Shown here one piece after another: positions 1-9,498 of a stretch of 64,000 bases of DNA. The stretch covers positions 2,363,576 to 2,427,575 of the forward strand of contig CBDDIV010000003.1 of NCBI GenBank assembly GCA_965229205.1, written 5' to 3'. This stretch comes from Rhodoglobus sp. Lineage in GTDB: Bacteria; Actinomycetota; Actinomycetes; Actinomycetales; Microbacteriaceae. The translations under genes and the position numbers were made by a program. The stretch's first letter is position 1. Each line of letters opens with the position of its first letter. The notes beneath the pieces were generated by a model. It saw nothing but the letters and a program-made list of their open reading frames with translations. It did no database searches and had not been told where the DNA came from.

Positions 1-386
1 CCGCCCTGATCGATCGGTCGCACACCGAACGGTCCGAGTCCGGAGAACGACAGCCAAGCCACGGGAACGAACACCAGCACACTCCAGATCGCGGCGAACG
101 CAACCGACCCCGGCGCACCAGCACCGAACGCTCTCGGCACGATCGTGGCAAGCAGCGCAGCCAGACCACCGAGAGCGGCAATCGGCGCGACAAGCTCCGC
201 GGGAAGCGCGGGACGCAGGATGATCGTCACCGCGAGCCAGGTCACCGTGCCCACTGCGACGCACGCCAGTGAGACACCGATCGGAGCGCCCGCGGGCAGC
301 ATCCGGCTGTACACGACCATGATCGCCGCGATCATCACCGCGATGGCAATCACCGACAGCGCGGCGAGGCCCCACCCTTGCCCCAC
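1..386 (-). CDS. Ammonium-transporter-like membrane protein, degenerate Amt paralogue (runs off the window start)
   Basis: Hand translation from GTG at 386, preceded by SD-like AAAGGGGA: MGQGWGLAALSVIAIAVMIAAIMVVYSRML...GSVAFAAIWSVLVFVPVAWLSFSGLGPFGVRPIDQG. Hydrophobic. The FAAIWSVLVFVPVA...IDQG segment aligns with FAGIWATVVYFPVA...IDFAGG of the adjacent Amt. Absent from the ORF track. Confidence 0.75.
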   Translation of the reverse strand, partial: MGQGWGLAALSVIAIAVMIAAIMVVYSRMLPAGAPIGVSLACVAVGTVTWLAVTIILRPALPAELVAPIAALGGLAALLATIVPRAFGAGAPGSVAFAAIWSVLVFVPVAWLSFSGLGPFGVRPIDQG

Positions 387-429
387 GTGTTCCCCTTTCG
401 CCGAGAGCTTGGCTCTCGACAAACAGAGT

Positions 430-461
430 AAGGGGCGCCGCTCCTGCGAGCGACGCCCCTT
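430..461 (-). terminator. Intrinsic terminator-like hairpin downstream of amt
   Basis: AAGGGGCGCCGCTC-CTGC-GAGCGACGCCCCTT inverted repeat 20 bp after the amt stop, followed on the minus strand by a T-rich tail (TTACTCTGTTT). Confidence 0.7.
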
Positions 462-480
462 GCTTGAGTGTGTCGAATGA

Positions 481-1752
481 CTACTTGACGTCAGCCAGAA
501 CGTAGCCCTCTTCACCGTGCACGACCAGGTCCACACCGGCGATCTCGTCCTCGTTCTTGATGCGGAATCCGATGGTCTTCTCGATCACGAATCCGATGAT
601 GAAAGCAAGCACGAACGAATAGATCATCACGCTGAGCGCGGCGATCGCCTGCACCAGCAACTGGGTGAAGGTGCCGCTGTAGATCAGGCCAGTGCCGTTG
701 GCGAAGAAGCCCAGGAACAGCGTTCCCACGAGGCCACCGACGAGGTGGACACCCACGACGTCGAGCGAGTCGTCGAAACCGAGCTTGAACTTCAGGTCGA
801 TGGCGACCGCGCAGATGATTCCGGCAAGAGCGCCGAGCACGATGGCCCACCCGGGCGTGAGCGATCCACAGGCGGGGGTGATCGCAACCAGACCTGCAAC
901 GGCACCCGACGCTGCACCGATCGAAGTGGGCTTGCCGTCCTTGATTCTCTCGACCACGAGCCAGCCGAGCAGAGCGGCAGCGGGGGCGATGAGGGTGTTC
1001 ACGAAGGCGATTGCCGCAGTTCCGTCAGCCGCCAGTTCCGAACCGGCGTTGAAACCAAACCAACCGAACCACAGAAGACCGGCACCCAGCAGAACGAAGG
1101 GCGGGTTGTGAGGAACGTGGGCGCCCTTGGCGAAGCCGACACGACGTCCGAGAACGAGGGCGAGGGCGAGAGCGGCGGCACCAGCGTTGATGTGCACTGC
1201 GGTGCCACCGGCAAAGTCGATCAGGCCCGTGCCGAACGCGTCCTGCAGACCACGAGTCAGCCATCCACCGTAGGTGAAGGCGCCATCGGCGAGACCGAAG
1301 TTGAACACCCAGCTCGCGACCGGGAAGTAGACGACCGTCGCCCAGATTCCGGCGAAGATCATCCACGATCCGAACTTCGCACGGTCAGCGATAGCACCCG
1401 AGATCAGCGCAACAGTGATGATCGCGAAGGTCGCTTGGAACGCGACGAATGCGAGGGCCGGGTAACCGGCCGCGGGAGCGGCAGCATCCTCCAGCGCCGC
1501 GCCGAGGAGGAAGTTGCTGCTGTCGAACATCCACGGCGACGGTGCGAGCCCGTCGATCGTCGGGAACGCGATCGCGTATCCATAGATCGCCCACAGCACC
1601 GCGATGAGGCCGATTGCGCCGAAGCTCATCATCATCATGCTGATGACGCTCTTGGCCTTGACGAGGCCGCCGTAGAAGAATGCCAGTCCCGGCGTCATCA
1701 GCAGCACGAGCGCTGATGCCAGGAGAAGGAAGGCAGTGTTGCCCTGATCCAT
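481..1752 (-). CDS. amtB: Ammonium transporter (Amt family)
   Basis: LLMTPGLAFFYGG, FQATFA, DFAGGTAVH and DDSLDVVGVH (twin His) motifs. ATG at 1752 with SD GAGAGG. Confidence 0.96.
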   Translation of the reverse strand: MDQGNTAFLLLASALVLLMTPGLAFFYGGLVKAKSVISMMMMSFGAIGLIAVLWAIYGYAIAFPTIDGLAPSPWMFDSSNFLLGAALEDAAAPAAGYPALAFVAFQATFAIITVALISGAIADRAKFGSWMIFAGIWATVVYFPVASWVFNFGLADGAFTYGGWLTRGLQDAFGTGLIDFAGGTAVHINAGAAALALALVLGRRVGFAKGAHVPHNPPFVLLGAGLLWFGWFGFNAGSELAADGTAAIAFVNTLIAPAAALLGWLVVERIKDGKPTSIGAASGAVAGLVAITPACGSLTPGWAIVLGALAGIICAVAIDLKFKLGFDDSLDVVGVHLVGGLVGTLFLGFFANGTGLIYSGTFTQLLVQAIAALSVMIYSFVLAFIIGFVIEKTIGFRIKNEDEIAGVDLVVHGEEGYVLADVK

Positions 1753-1847
1753 TGTGTGTACCTCTCTTTGGTTCTGCGAAGGATGCACCGTTGGGTCCGC
1801 ACGGGGAGGATCACGCCTCGGGTACGGTCACATCCTGTCGAGGGGAG

Positions 1848-1917
1848 GTTTCGATCTGAGTGCCGGTCGTGTTTCAGTTCTGTTACACCGGGCACAGCCA
1901 CGTAAACATCGTGTTTC
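1848..1917 (-). promoter_or_regulatory. GlnR binding site upstream of amtB
   Basis: Minus strand reads GTAAC-n6-GAAAC (1886-1871), then n6-GGCAC-n7-GAAAC (to 1848), plus an upstream GAAAC-n6-TTTAC (1917-1902). Matches the actinobacterial GlnR a/b repeat GTnAC-n6-GAAAC. Confidence 0.75.
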
Positions 1918-1963
1918 GTCGTGCCACCGATCGCCTGCGGGGCCTTCTTCTACACTCGACTTC

Positions 1964-3124
1964 ATGTCATTGCTGCGCTCCGAGCGATTCTCGGCCATCC
2001 TTTTGGTCGCTGCCGCAGCAGTCGGACTGCTGCTGGCCAACACCGCAGCGGCACCAGCGGCCAAGGCCGTCGAGTCGTTCCACTTCGGCATTCCGGCCCT
2101 GGGGCTCGATCTGTCGGTCGGTCACTGGATCAAAGACGGACTGCTCGCGATCTTCTTCTTCATCGCGGCGATCGAGCTGAGGCACGAACTGCGCCACGGT
2201 GAGCTGGACTCGCCTCGCAAGGCCATAGTGCCCACGGTTGCAGCCATCGGCGGGGTGGTGGTTCCCGCCCTGATCTTCCTCGTGATCGTTCGCGATCCGG
2301 AACTGAGTCAGGGCTGGCCGATCCCGACGGCGACCGACATCGCCTTCGCGCTCGGCGTTCTCGCGATCGTCGGAAAGGGCCTTCCCCCGACGTTCCGGGC
2401 GCTCCTGCTTGCCCTCGCGGTGATCGACGACCTGATCGCGATCCTCATCATCGCCGCCTTCTTCACGAAGGACCTCGCACCCATCCCACTGCTGATCGCC
2501 CTGCCCGTCGTGCTGCTATTCGGTTGGCTGAGCTACAGGGTGACCAAGCGGCGTCGGGCATGGGTCATCCCGCTCATGATCCTCCTCGGCATCGCCGCGT
2601 GGGTGCTCGTGTACCTATCGGGCATCCACCCGACTATCGCGGGGGTTGCACTGGGCCTGATCATGGCGGATGCCACAGCCGGCCGAAGCCGGCACGCCAT
2701 CGAACCCTGGTCCAACGTCGTCATCCTCCCGTTGTTCGCCATTGTCGCGGCGCTGGTACCGATCCCCTCGACGAATCTGGCCGGACTCAGTCCCGCGTTC
2801 TGGGCGGTCATCATCGCGCTACCCTTCGGCAAGTTGGTCGGCATCACCGGCGGTGCCGCGATCGCGACGGCACTGGCGCGGCGCAGCACCGGCTCCACCG
2901 CGCACCTGCCGCTGCCGGACATCATCGCTGTCGCGGGCCTGGGCGGAATCGGCTTCACCGTTTCGCTGCTGATGAACGAGCTCGCCTTCGAGGGACAGGG
3001 TTCCGTGGCCGATGAGGTGACGCTGGCCGTGATTGTCGCCTCGGTGATTGCTGCGCTGGTGGGCGGCGTGCTCACGTCACTCCGAAGTCGGCACTACGCC
3101 CGCGCAGCTACCGCGGATCGGTGA
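1964..3124 (+). CDS. nhaA: Na+/H+ antiporter NhaA
   Basis: WIKDGLLAIFFF, ELRHELRHGEL, IPTATDIAF, AVIDDL (Asp-Asp) and GIGFTVS motifs. TACACT -10 lies 7 nt before the ATG. Confidence 0.95.
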   Translation: MSLLRSERFSAILLVAAAAVGLLLANTAAAPAAKAVESFHFGIPALGLDLSVGHWIKDGLLAIFFFIAAIELRHELRHGELDSPRKAIVPTVAAIGGVVVPALIFLVIVRDPELSQGWPIPTATDIAFALGVLAIVGKGLPPTFRALLLALAVIDDLIAILIIAAFFTKDLAPIPLLIALPVVLLFGWLSYRVTKRRRAWVIPLMILLGIAAWVLVYLSGIHPTIAGVALGLIMADATAGRSRHAIEPWSNVVILPLFAIVAALVPIPSTNLAGLSPAFWAVIIALPFGKLVGITGGAAIATALARRSTGSTAHLPLPDIIAVAGLGGIGFTVSLLMNELAFEGQGSVADEVTLAVIVASVIAALVGGVLTSLRSRHYARAATADR

Positions 3125-4121
3125 GGGCGATCATCCGGGAGACAGACCGCAGGTACTTCTTGCGATAGCCGCCGGAGAGCATGTCATCGGGGAAGATCGA
3201 ATCCAGCGGAACGCCGCTGGCGACGATGCGTACCTGCGCGTCATACAGTCGGTCGACGAAAGCCACGAGGCGCAGTGCGTCGGTCTGGTTGTGCAGCACG
3301 TGCACATCCGTCAGTCCGATCGCATCGAGCCCGTCCACGAGCTTCACGTAGCGCGACGGGTGCACGGTCGCCAGATGGGCGAGCGCAGCGTCGAATGAGT
3401 CAAGCGTGACGGCTCCACTGAACGCGGCGAGACCGAGCTCGACGTCATCCACGCTGTGGGCGTGCGCCTCGGTGTCGCGTCGCCGGTAGTCGAGCCCGTC
3501 GATGCGGATGGTGGTGAACTTCGCCGCGAGTGAATCGATCTCGCGCAGGAAGTCCTGAGCCGCGAACCGTCCCTCTCCCAGCGCATTGGGCGGGGTGTTG
3601 GAGGTCGCGGCAATGCGCGAGCCGGTCGCGACCAGCTCACCCAGCAGACGGGACATCAGGCGGGTGTCGCCGGGGTCATCCAGCTCGAACTCGTCGATGC
3701 ACAGGAGCGAGGCGCCGGTGAGGAGCTTGACGGTCGGGGCATAACCGAGGGCGCCCACGAGCGCGGTGTACTCGATGAAGGTGCCGAAGTACTTGCGCCC
3801 GGGAGCAACGTGCCACAGGGCCGCGAGCAGATGGGTCTTGCCCACCCCGAAGCCGCCGTCGAGATAGACACCCGGCAGGGCGGGCGCCACCTTCTTGCGG
3901 GAGAAGAGTCCGCCACCCCCGGACTGCCAGCCCCCGACGAAGTTGCGGATCGCGGCTACCGCGGCACCCTGTGACGGATAGTCCCGGTCAGGTCGGTAGG
4001 AATCGAGGGTCGCCGTCGCGAACTGGCGCGGTGGCACCAGCTGTGCCAGCATCTCCTCGCCGCTGAGCGTGGGCACGCGGTCAGCAAGATGCCCGGGTGA
4101 GACGGGCGCTTCGGCACTCAT
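3108..4121 (-). CDS. zapE: Cell division ATPase ZapE (AFG1 family)
   Basis: Walker A YLDGGFGVGKT, Walker B CIDEFE, ATSNTPP, and RFxAQDFLRE motifs. Confidence 0.9.
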   Translation of the reverse strand: MSAEAPVSPGHLADRVPTLSGEEMLAQLVPPRQFATATLDSYRPDRDYPSQGAAVAAIRNFVGGWQSGGGGLFSRKKVAPALPGVYLDGGFGVGKTHLLAALWHVAPGRKYFGTFIEYTALVGALGYAPTVKLLTGASLLCIDEFELDDPGDTRLMSRLLGELVATGSRIAATSNTPPNALGEGRFAAQDFLREIDSLAAKFTTIRIDGLDYRRRDTEAHAHSVDDVELGLAAFSGAVTLDSFDAALAHLATVHPSRYVKLVDGLDAIGLTDVHVLHNQTDALRLVAFVDRLYDAQVRIVASGVPLDSIFPDDMLSGGYRKKYLRSVSRMIALTDPR

Positions 4122-4259
4122 GGATCAGCCTCGGAAATTTGTGTCGAAGTCTTACGGTGCCCCGGTGCGGATGCACGCGGACTCTCGTAGATTCGTGAGC
4201 AAGGGGATTCCAGCCTAGCCTTGGCAGCCCTGCACACGATCCACAAGCTCGGAGGAACC

Positions 4260-5159
4260 ATGACCGTCGAAGTCGATACCGCACCCCAGTTCTCGGCCTT
4301 CGCCCACCCCGAGCGACTCGTCTCCGGGGACTGGCTCGAGGCGCACCTCGGCACTCCCGGCCTCGTCGTTGTCGAATCCGACGAAGACGTGCTGCTGTAC
4401 GAGACGGGCCACATCGAGGGCGCCGTGAAGATCGACTGGCACACCGACCTCAACGACCCGGTCGAGCGCGACTATATCGACGGAGCCGCCTTCGCGAAGC
4501 TCGTCGGAGCCAAGGGCATCGGTCGCGACACGACAGTGGTCATCTACGGCGACAAGAACAACTGGTGGGCCGCGTACGCCCTCTGGGTCTTCACCCTGTT
4601 CGGCCACGAGGATGTCCGCCTCCTCGATGGCGGCCGCGCCAAGTGGGAGGCTGACGGACGCGCCTACACCACGGCCGAGCCGGAGATCACGCCCGTCGAC
4701 TACCCCGTCGTGGAACGGAATGACGCGGCCATCCGCGCATTCAAGGAGGACGTGATCGCCCACCTCGGCAACCCGCTCATCGACGTGCGCTCCCCCGAGG
4801 AGTACAGCGGCGAGCGCACCCACATGCCCGCCTACCCCGAAGAGGGCGCGCTGCGCGGCGGTCACATCCCCAGCGCACAGAGTGTGCCGTGGGCAAGAGC
4901 CGTTGCCGAGGACGGGACCTTCAAGTCGCTCCCCGAGCTCGACGCAATCTACCGCGAGGGTGCTGGGCTCAAGGACGGCGACAGCATCGTCGCCTACTGC
5001 CGCATCGGCGAGCGTTCGAGCCACACCTGGTTCGTGCTGACGCACCTGCTGGGCTTCGAGGGCGTGCGCAACTACGACGGCTCCTGGACCGAGTGGGGAT
5101 CGGCAGTGCGCGTGCCGATCGCCAAAGGCACCGAGCCGGGCGCTGTACCGGCCAAGTAG
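4260..5159 (+). CDS. sseA: Thiosulfate/3-mercaptopyruvate sulfurtransferase (tandem rhodanese, SseA-like)
   Basis: GHIEGA, GHIPSA, active-site YCRIGERS and NYDGSWTEW motifs. SD GGAGG before ATG 4260. Confidence 0.93.
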   Translation: MTVEVDTAPQFSAFAHPERLVSGDWLEAHLGTPGLVVVESDEDVLLYETGHIEGAVKIDWHTDLNDPVERDYIDGAAFAKLVGAKGIGRDTTVVIYGDKNNWWAAYALWVFTLFGHEDVRLLDGGRAKWEADGRAYTTAEPEITPVDYPVVERNDAAIRAFKEDVIAHLGNPLIDVRSPEEYSGERTHMPAYPEEGALRGGHIPSAQSVPWARAVAEDGTFKSLPELDAIYREGAGLKDGDSIVAYCRIGERSSHTWFVLTHLLGFEGVRNYDGSWTEWGSAVRVPIAKGTEPGAVPAK

Positions 5160-5186
5160 ATCTCCCTCCACACCTAGAATCGTCAG

Positions 5187-5639
5187 GTGACCACCGAGGA
5201 CAGCGCGGCAGAACTCCCGGAGCAACTCACTCAGATCCGTGAGGACTTCCTCGCGCTCGCGGTGCGGGAGCGTCTCCAGTTGCTCCTCGAGTTCTCGAAC
5301 GAGCTGCCGGAGTTACCCGAGCGCTACCTCGACCACCCCGACCTGCTCGAGCGTGTCGAGGAGTGCCAGTCGCCCGTCTTCATCTTCGTCGAGGTGGATG
5401 ACGCGAGCATCGTGCACCTCTACGCCACCGCACCGAAGGAGGCGCCGACGACTCGGGGCTTCGCATCGATCCTCGCGCAGGGACTGGCCGGCCTCACCGC
5501 CGAGCAGGTTCTCGCGGTGCCCGACGACTACCCCAACACCATCGGCCTGACTGAGGCAGTGAGCCCGCTGCGCATCCGCGGGATGACCGCGCTGCTGGGT
5601 CGCACGAAGCGGCAGGTGCGGGAGAAGCTCGTCGCGTGA
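5187..5639 (+). CDS. sufE: SufE-family sulfur acceptor protein
   Basis: VEECQSPV Cys motif, PTTRGFASIL and RxRG motifs. Adjacent to sseA, as is usual in Actinobacteria. Confidence 0.9.
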   Translation: MTTEDSAAELPEQLTQIREDFLALAVRERLQLLLEFSNELPELPERYLDHPDLLERVEECQSPVFIFVEVDDASIVHLYATAPKEAPTTRGFASILAQGLAGLTAEQVLAVPDDYPNTIGLTEAVSPLRIRGMTALLGRTKRQVREKLVA

Positions 5640-6346
5640 TACTCACGCGGGTGCATCCGGGGCCGCCCGAGTCCCTGGAACTGGATGCCGCATCCACGAG
5701 AGACCGTCTGCTCGACCTCTACCGTCCCGCGCCGTCGCCCACCCTGCGCCTCAACCTGGTGGCGAGCATCTCGGGGAGCGCAGCGGGGTCGGACGGCACC
5801 TCCGATACGCTGACCAGCCGGGTCGATCGGCGCATCCTGGGCGTCATCCGGGAACTCAGTGACGTCGTGCTGGTCGGCGCCGCCTCGGTCAGGGCCGAGG
5901 GCTATCAGGTGCCCCAGCGTGCCCGCCTTGCGGTGCTGACCGCGAGTGGCGACCTTGCGGGACATCGCATACGTCCCGACCAACGCGAGAGTGTGATCGT
6001 CCTCGCCCCCGCCGAAGCGCGCGAACGAGTGCTCGAATCGCTTCCCGGGGCCGAACTCATCATCGTGCCCACGACTGGGCCGACGGTTGCGATGAACGAT
6101 GTTGTCGACGCGCTGCACTCCGCCGGCTTCGACTCGATTGTCTGCGAAGGCGGCCCGGGGCTGGCCGGTCAGCTCATCGCCGCGGGACTGGTCGACGAAC
6201 TCTGCCTCACCACGAGCCCTCAGCTCGGCGGCGTCACCCTCCCGCTGCTCGCTACAGCCTCGGCGTCTCGCGCCGCTAGTCTGACGCAGCTGATCGTCGA
6301 CGAGCAGGGCTACCTGTTCGCCCGGTGGGCGCTCCGAGCGCCCTGA
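5636..6346 (+). CDS. RibD C-terminal / dihydrofolate-reductase-like protein
   Basis: NLVASISG, VLVGAASVRAEGY, CEGGPGL and LVDELCLT motifs. GTGA overlap with sufE. Confidence 0.85.
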   Translation: MILTRVHPGPPESLELDAASTRDRLLDLYRPAPSPTLRLNLVASISGSAAGSDGTSDTLTSRVDRRILGVIRELSDVVLVGAASVRAEGYQVPQRARLAVLTASGDLAGHRIRPDQRESVIVLAPAEARERVLESLPGAELIIVPTTGPTVAMNDVVDALHSAGFDSIVCEGGPGLAGQLIAAGLVDELCLTTSPQLGGVTLPLLATASASRAASLTQLIVDEQGYLFARWALRAP

Positions 6347-7508
6347 GCCACGTTGTGATCGCCGAGTTCCAGCGCGCCGCGTCGTAGTTCCACAACCGCA
6401 CATGCCGAGCGGTCATGAAGTGCTCGAAGCTGACAATGTCGGGGCGAGCCCGGGCGAGAGCCGTTGACGCGGTCGCGGGCACGTAGCCGTCATCTTCGCT
6501 ATGGAAGAGCAGGATCGGCTTGTGCAGCTCGTCGGCGCGCGCGACGAGGTCGAGCCGACGAAGGTCGATCGGCTCACTCTGACCGGTGAGACGACCCGCC
6601 CAGCGGTGTGACAGCAACTGGAGCACGCCCCAGCGCAGCGCGGACGGCAGGCGATTGACCTTGCCTTGAAAGTCAAGCGCCGTCACCCAGTCGACGACCG
6701 GCGATTCAAGGATGACGCCGCTCACCCGATCCGCCGAGGACGACCTCGTGAGTGCCTGAAGCACCGTCGCTCCCCCCATCGACCATCCCATCAGCACCAG
6801 GTTCCGAGCACCGTGCTCGATCGCGTACCGCATGGCCGCGTCGACATCCCGCCACTCGGTGTCACCGAGCCCGTAGCGGTAGTCGCCGGTGCGCGGCGCG
6901 TCGCCGTCGTTGCGGTACGAGATGAGCAGCGAGGTGTACCCGGCGTCGTGGAACACCGGAACGGCACGCAGCGTCTCGGGTCGGCTCACCGCGCGACCAT
7001 GCACCTGGATGACCCACCGATCGGTGGGAGCCGCCGAGGGAATGAGCCACGCTGGCGCCGGCCCCAGCTCGGTCGGCACCGCTACGTCGGAACAAAGCAG
7101 ACCCAGCTCGTCAGGCGACAGGTAGAACCAACTCCCGAGCCTTCCCCGCGTCGCTGACGCGAGGTCGCCGAAGTCGACCTGGAGCAGCTGACGGGTGACG
7201 GTGTCGGTCGTGAACGACACGATCTCGCCGACCCGAGCATGGCCGGTGTCCTCGGAGAACCACAGACCGTATCGGCCGGGTGTCATCGAGTCGATAGTGG
7301 CGGAGAGGGTCACCGTGGAGTCGTCGACGGCGCGGATGCGGACGTCTTGCGCCCTCTTGGTGGGCGGGGTCAGGACTGTGCGGGCGAAGATCACGGCGAC
7401 TGCCGCCGACGCGATGGCGCCCAGCGCGATGAGTCCCCCGGCACCGATGGCGATGCCTGCGGCAACCCGTGCGGCGACGGCATCCGGTTGCTGGCGACTG
7501 GACAACAC
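6276..7508 (-). CDS. Membrane-anchored alpha/beta hydrolase
   Basis: N-terminal hydrophobic helix, VHG oxyanion motif, GWSMG nucleophile elbow, DDxxVP and a C-terminal His. Confidence 0.85.
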   Translation of the reverse strand: MLSSRQQPDAVAARVAAGIAIGAGGLIALGAIASAAVAVIFARTVLTPPTKRAQDVRIRAVDDSTVTLSATIDSMTPGRYGLWFSEDTGHARVGEIVSFTTDTVTRQLLQVDFGDLASATRGRLGSWFYLSPDELGLLCSDVAVPTELGPAPAWLIPSAAPTDRWVIQVHGRAVSRPETLRAVPVFHDAGYTSLLISYRNDGDAPRTGDYRYGLGDTEWRDVDAAMRYAIEHGARNLVLMGWSMGGATVLQALTRSSSADRVSGVILESPVVDWVTALDFQGKVNRLPSALRWGVLQLLSHRWAGRLTGQSEPIDLRRLDLVARADELHKPILLFHSEDDGYVPATASTALARARPDIVSFEHFMTARHVRLWNYDAARWNSAITTWLRALGAPTGRTGSPARRRSAASD

Positions 7509-7582
7509 GAACCCCCTCTGCTCGCCGCATCCAGCGGCGTGCCTCTGTGGAGAAACCCCGCGGTCAGCCTAGTGTTTGGGAC

Positions 7583-8179
7583 GTGCCCGACACACCCGCA
7601 GGCCCCACCCCTCCAGCGGTATTCACCTCCGCCGTTGAGTCACTTCGCAGCGCCACCCTGCGCCCGGAGTTGACAGTCACCGAGATTCCCGCGCCCGGAA
7701 CCCTCGCACCGTGGTCGTTCGCCCTCGCAGCGGATGTCACGCCCGCCCGCCACGGCCGAGACTCCGATCTGGGAACCGGGCGATTCGTTCTCCTGTACGA
7801 CGCCAGTTCCCCCGACGCCTGGGGCGGTCCGTTCCGGGTCATCTGCTTCGCGCAGGCTCCGCTGGAGACCGAGATGGGCGTCGATCCCTTCATCGCCGAA
7901 GTGGCGTGGTCGTGGCTCGTTGACGCACTCGCCGACCGTGGCGCCGTCTGCACCGCAGCGTCGGGAACGGCGACGCGAATTCTCTCGACCGGCTTCGGCG
8001 AGCTGGAGGCACAGGGACAGGGCGCTCAGATAGAACTCCGGGCATCCTGGAGCCCCTACGATCACGACCTCGCCGCACATGTGGAAGGCTGGAGCGAACT
8101 GTTGTGCATGCTTGCCGGCCTTCCGCCGGCAGTCGAGGGAGTGAGCCTGTTGTCAGCTCGCCGAGTGGGACGTGAATAG
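7583..8179 (+). CDS. DUF3000-family protein
   Basis: EIPAPxxLAPWSFAL, GTGRFVLLYD, VAWSWL, ELRASWSP motifs, and its usual position upstream of RNase D. Confidence 0.85.
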   Translation: MPDTPAGPTPPAVFTSAVESLRSATLRPELTVTEIPAPGTLAPWSFALAADVTPARHGRDSDLGTGRFVLLYDASSPDAWGGPFRVICFAQAPLETEMGVDPFIAEVAWSWLVDALADRGAVCTAASGTATRILSTGFGELEAQGQGAQIELRASWSPYDHDLAAHVEGWSELLCMLAGLPPAVEGVSLLSARRVGRE

Positions 8180-9425
8180 CCCCGACGAGGATGCCGCGCC
8201 CGAGCCGTCGGCGCCGCAGCAGGCCGAGCACGCGCAGGTGGACGTCATCGCCACCCGAGATGAGTACCTTGAGGCGGTGCGAACCATCGCGGGGGGCACC
8301 GGACCGATCGCGATCGACGCCGAGAGGGCATCCGGCTATCGCTACTCGCAGCGCGCCTATCTGATCCAGATCTTCCGGAGGGATGCCGGCACGTTCCTCT
8401 TCGATCCACCGGCGATCGGCGGGTTCACTGAGCTCAACGACGTGATCGCGCACGAGGAGTGGATCCTGCACGCGGCGAGCCAGGATCTCACCTGTCTGCG
8501 TGAGGTCGGACTGAACCCGACCAGGCTGTTCGACACGGAGCTGGCGGCCCGGCTGGCGGGCCTGGCGCGGGTGGGGCTCGGTGCCGTCGTCGAGGACCTC
8601 CTCGGCATCCACCTCGCCAAGGAGCACTCCGCGGCTGACTGGTCGACGAGACCGCTTCCCCAGGCATGGCTGGTCTATGCCGCACTCGACGTCGAGCTGC
8701 TCGTCGACCTGCGCGAGGCTCTTGCCCGTGTGCTTGACGACGCGGGCAAGACCGACATCGCGGCGCAGGAGTTCTCGGCGGTGCTGGCAAAGGACTTCGT
8801 CATCGTGCGTTCGGAGCCGTGGCGACGGCTCGGGGGTGTTCACTCGATCCGGGGTGCCCGCAACCTTGCGGTGGCCCGCGAGTTGTGGCTCGCCCGGGAT
8901 GCCTACGCCCGCGAGATCGACACCGCTCCGGGCCGTCTGGTGCCCGACTCCGCCCTGGTCGCCGCCGCGCGCACGCTGCCGGAGACGAAGCGGGACCTCG
9001 CCGCGCTCAAGGAGTTCACAGGCAGGGCGAGCCGGTCACAGATCGATCGCTGGTGGGCGGCGATCCAGGCAGGCATGACCACCGATGACCTTCCCGCGCT
9101 GCGCGTGCCCGGGGAAACGGTTCCGCCACCCAGAGTCTGGTCGGACAAGAACCCCGAGGCCGACAAGCGACTCAAACGTGCCCGCGCCGCGGTCACCGAA
9201 GTGGGGACGACGCTGTCCATCCCCGTCGAGAATCTGCTCACACCCGAGCTGCTGCGACGCGTCGCGTGGACGCCCCCCGACCCCATCGACGCCCAGACGA
9301 TCGGCGCCGCCCTCGAGGAATCCGGTGCGCGCCCCTGGCAGATTGACGCAACGGCACAGGTGATTGCGAAAGCCTTTGTAGAGGCGGCCCAATCCCCCGA
9401 GGAGCCTCAGGACTCCCCTTCGTAG
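8172..9425 (+). CDS. rnd: Ribonuclease D (3'-5' exonuclease plus HRDC domain)
   Basis: DEDD residues in IDAERASG, HAASQDL and YAALDVE, followed by an HRDC region. Confidence 0.92.
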   Translation: MNSPDEDAAPEPSAPQQAEHAQVDVIATRDEYLEAVRTIAGGTGPIAIDAERASGYRYSQRAYLIQIFRRDAGTFLFDPPAIGGFTELNDVIAHEEWILHAASQDLTCLREVGLNPTRLFDTELAARLAGLARVGLGAVVEDLLGIHLAKEHSAADWSTRPLPQAWLVYAALDVELLVDLREALARVLDDAGKTDIAAQEFSAVLAKDFVIVRSEPWRRLGGVHSIRGARNLAVARELWLARDAYAREIDTAPGRLVPDSALVAAARTLPETKRDLAALKEFTGRASRSQIDRWWAAIQAGMTTDDLPALRVPGETVPPPRVWSDKNPEADKRLKRARAAVTEVGTTLSIPVENLLTPELLRRVAWTPPDPIDAQTIGAALEESGARPWQIDATAQVIAKAFVEAAQSPEEPQDSPS

Positions 9426-9498
9426 GAACAGTCAAAGGATTCACCGCCGTCTTTTGCCGCGCCTAGGATCGAGAACGAACCTAGAAAATGGAGGCACT

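Noticed and set aside
145-480. 111-aa plus-strand ORF
   Set aside because: Antisense to the Amt-like gene and the terminator. The minus-strand frame has the SD, membrane character and homology.
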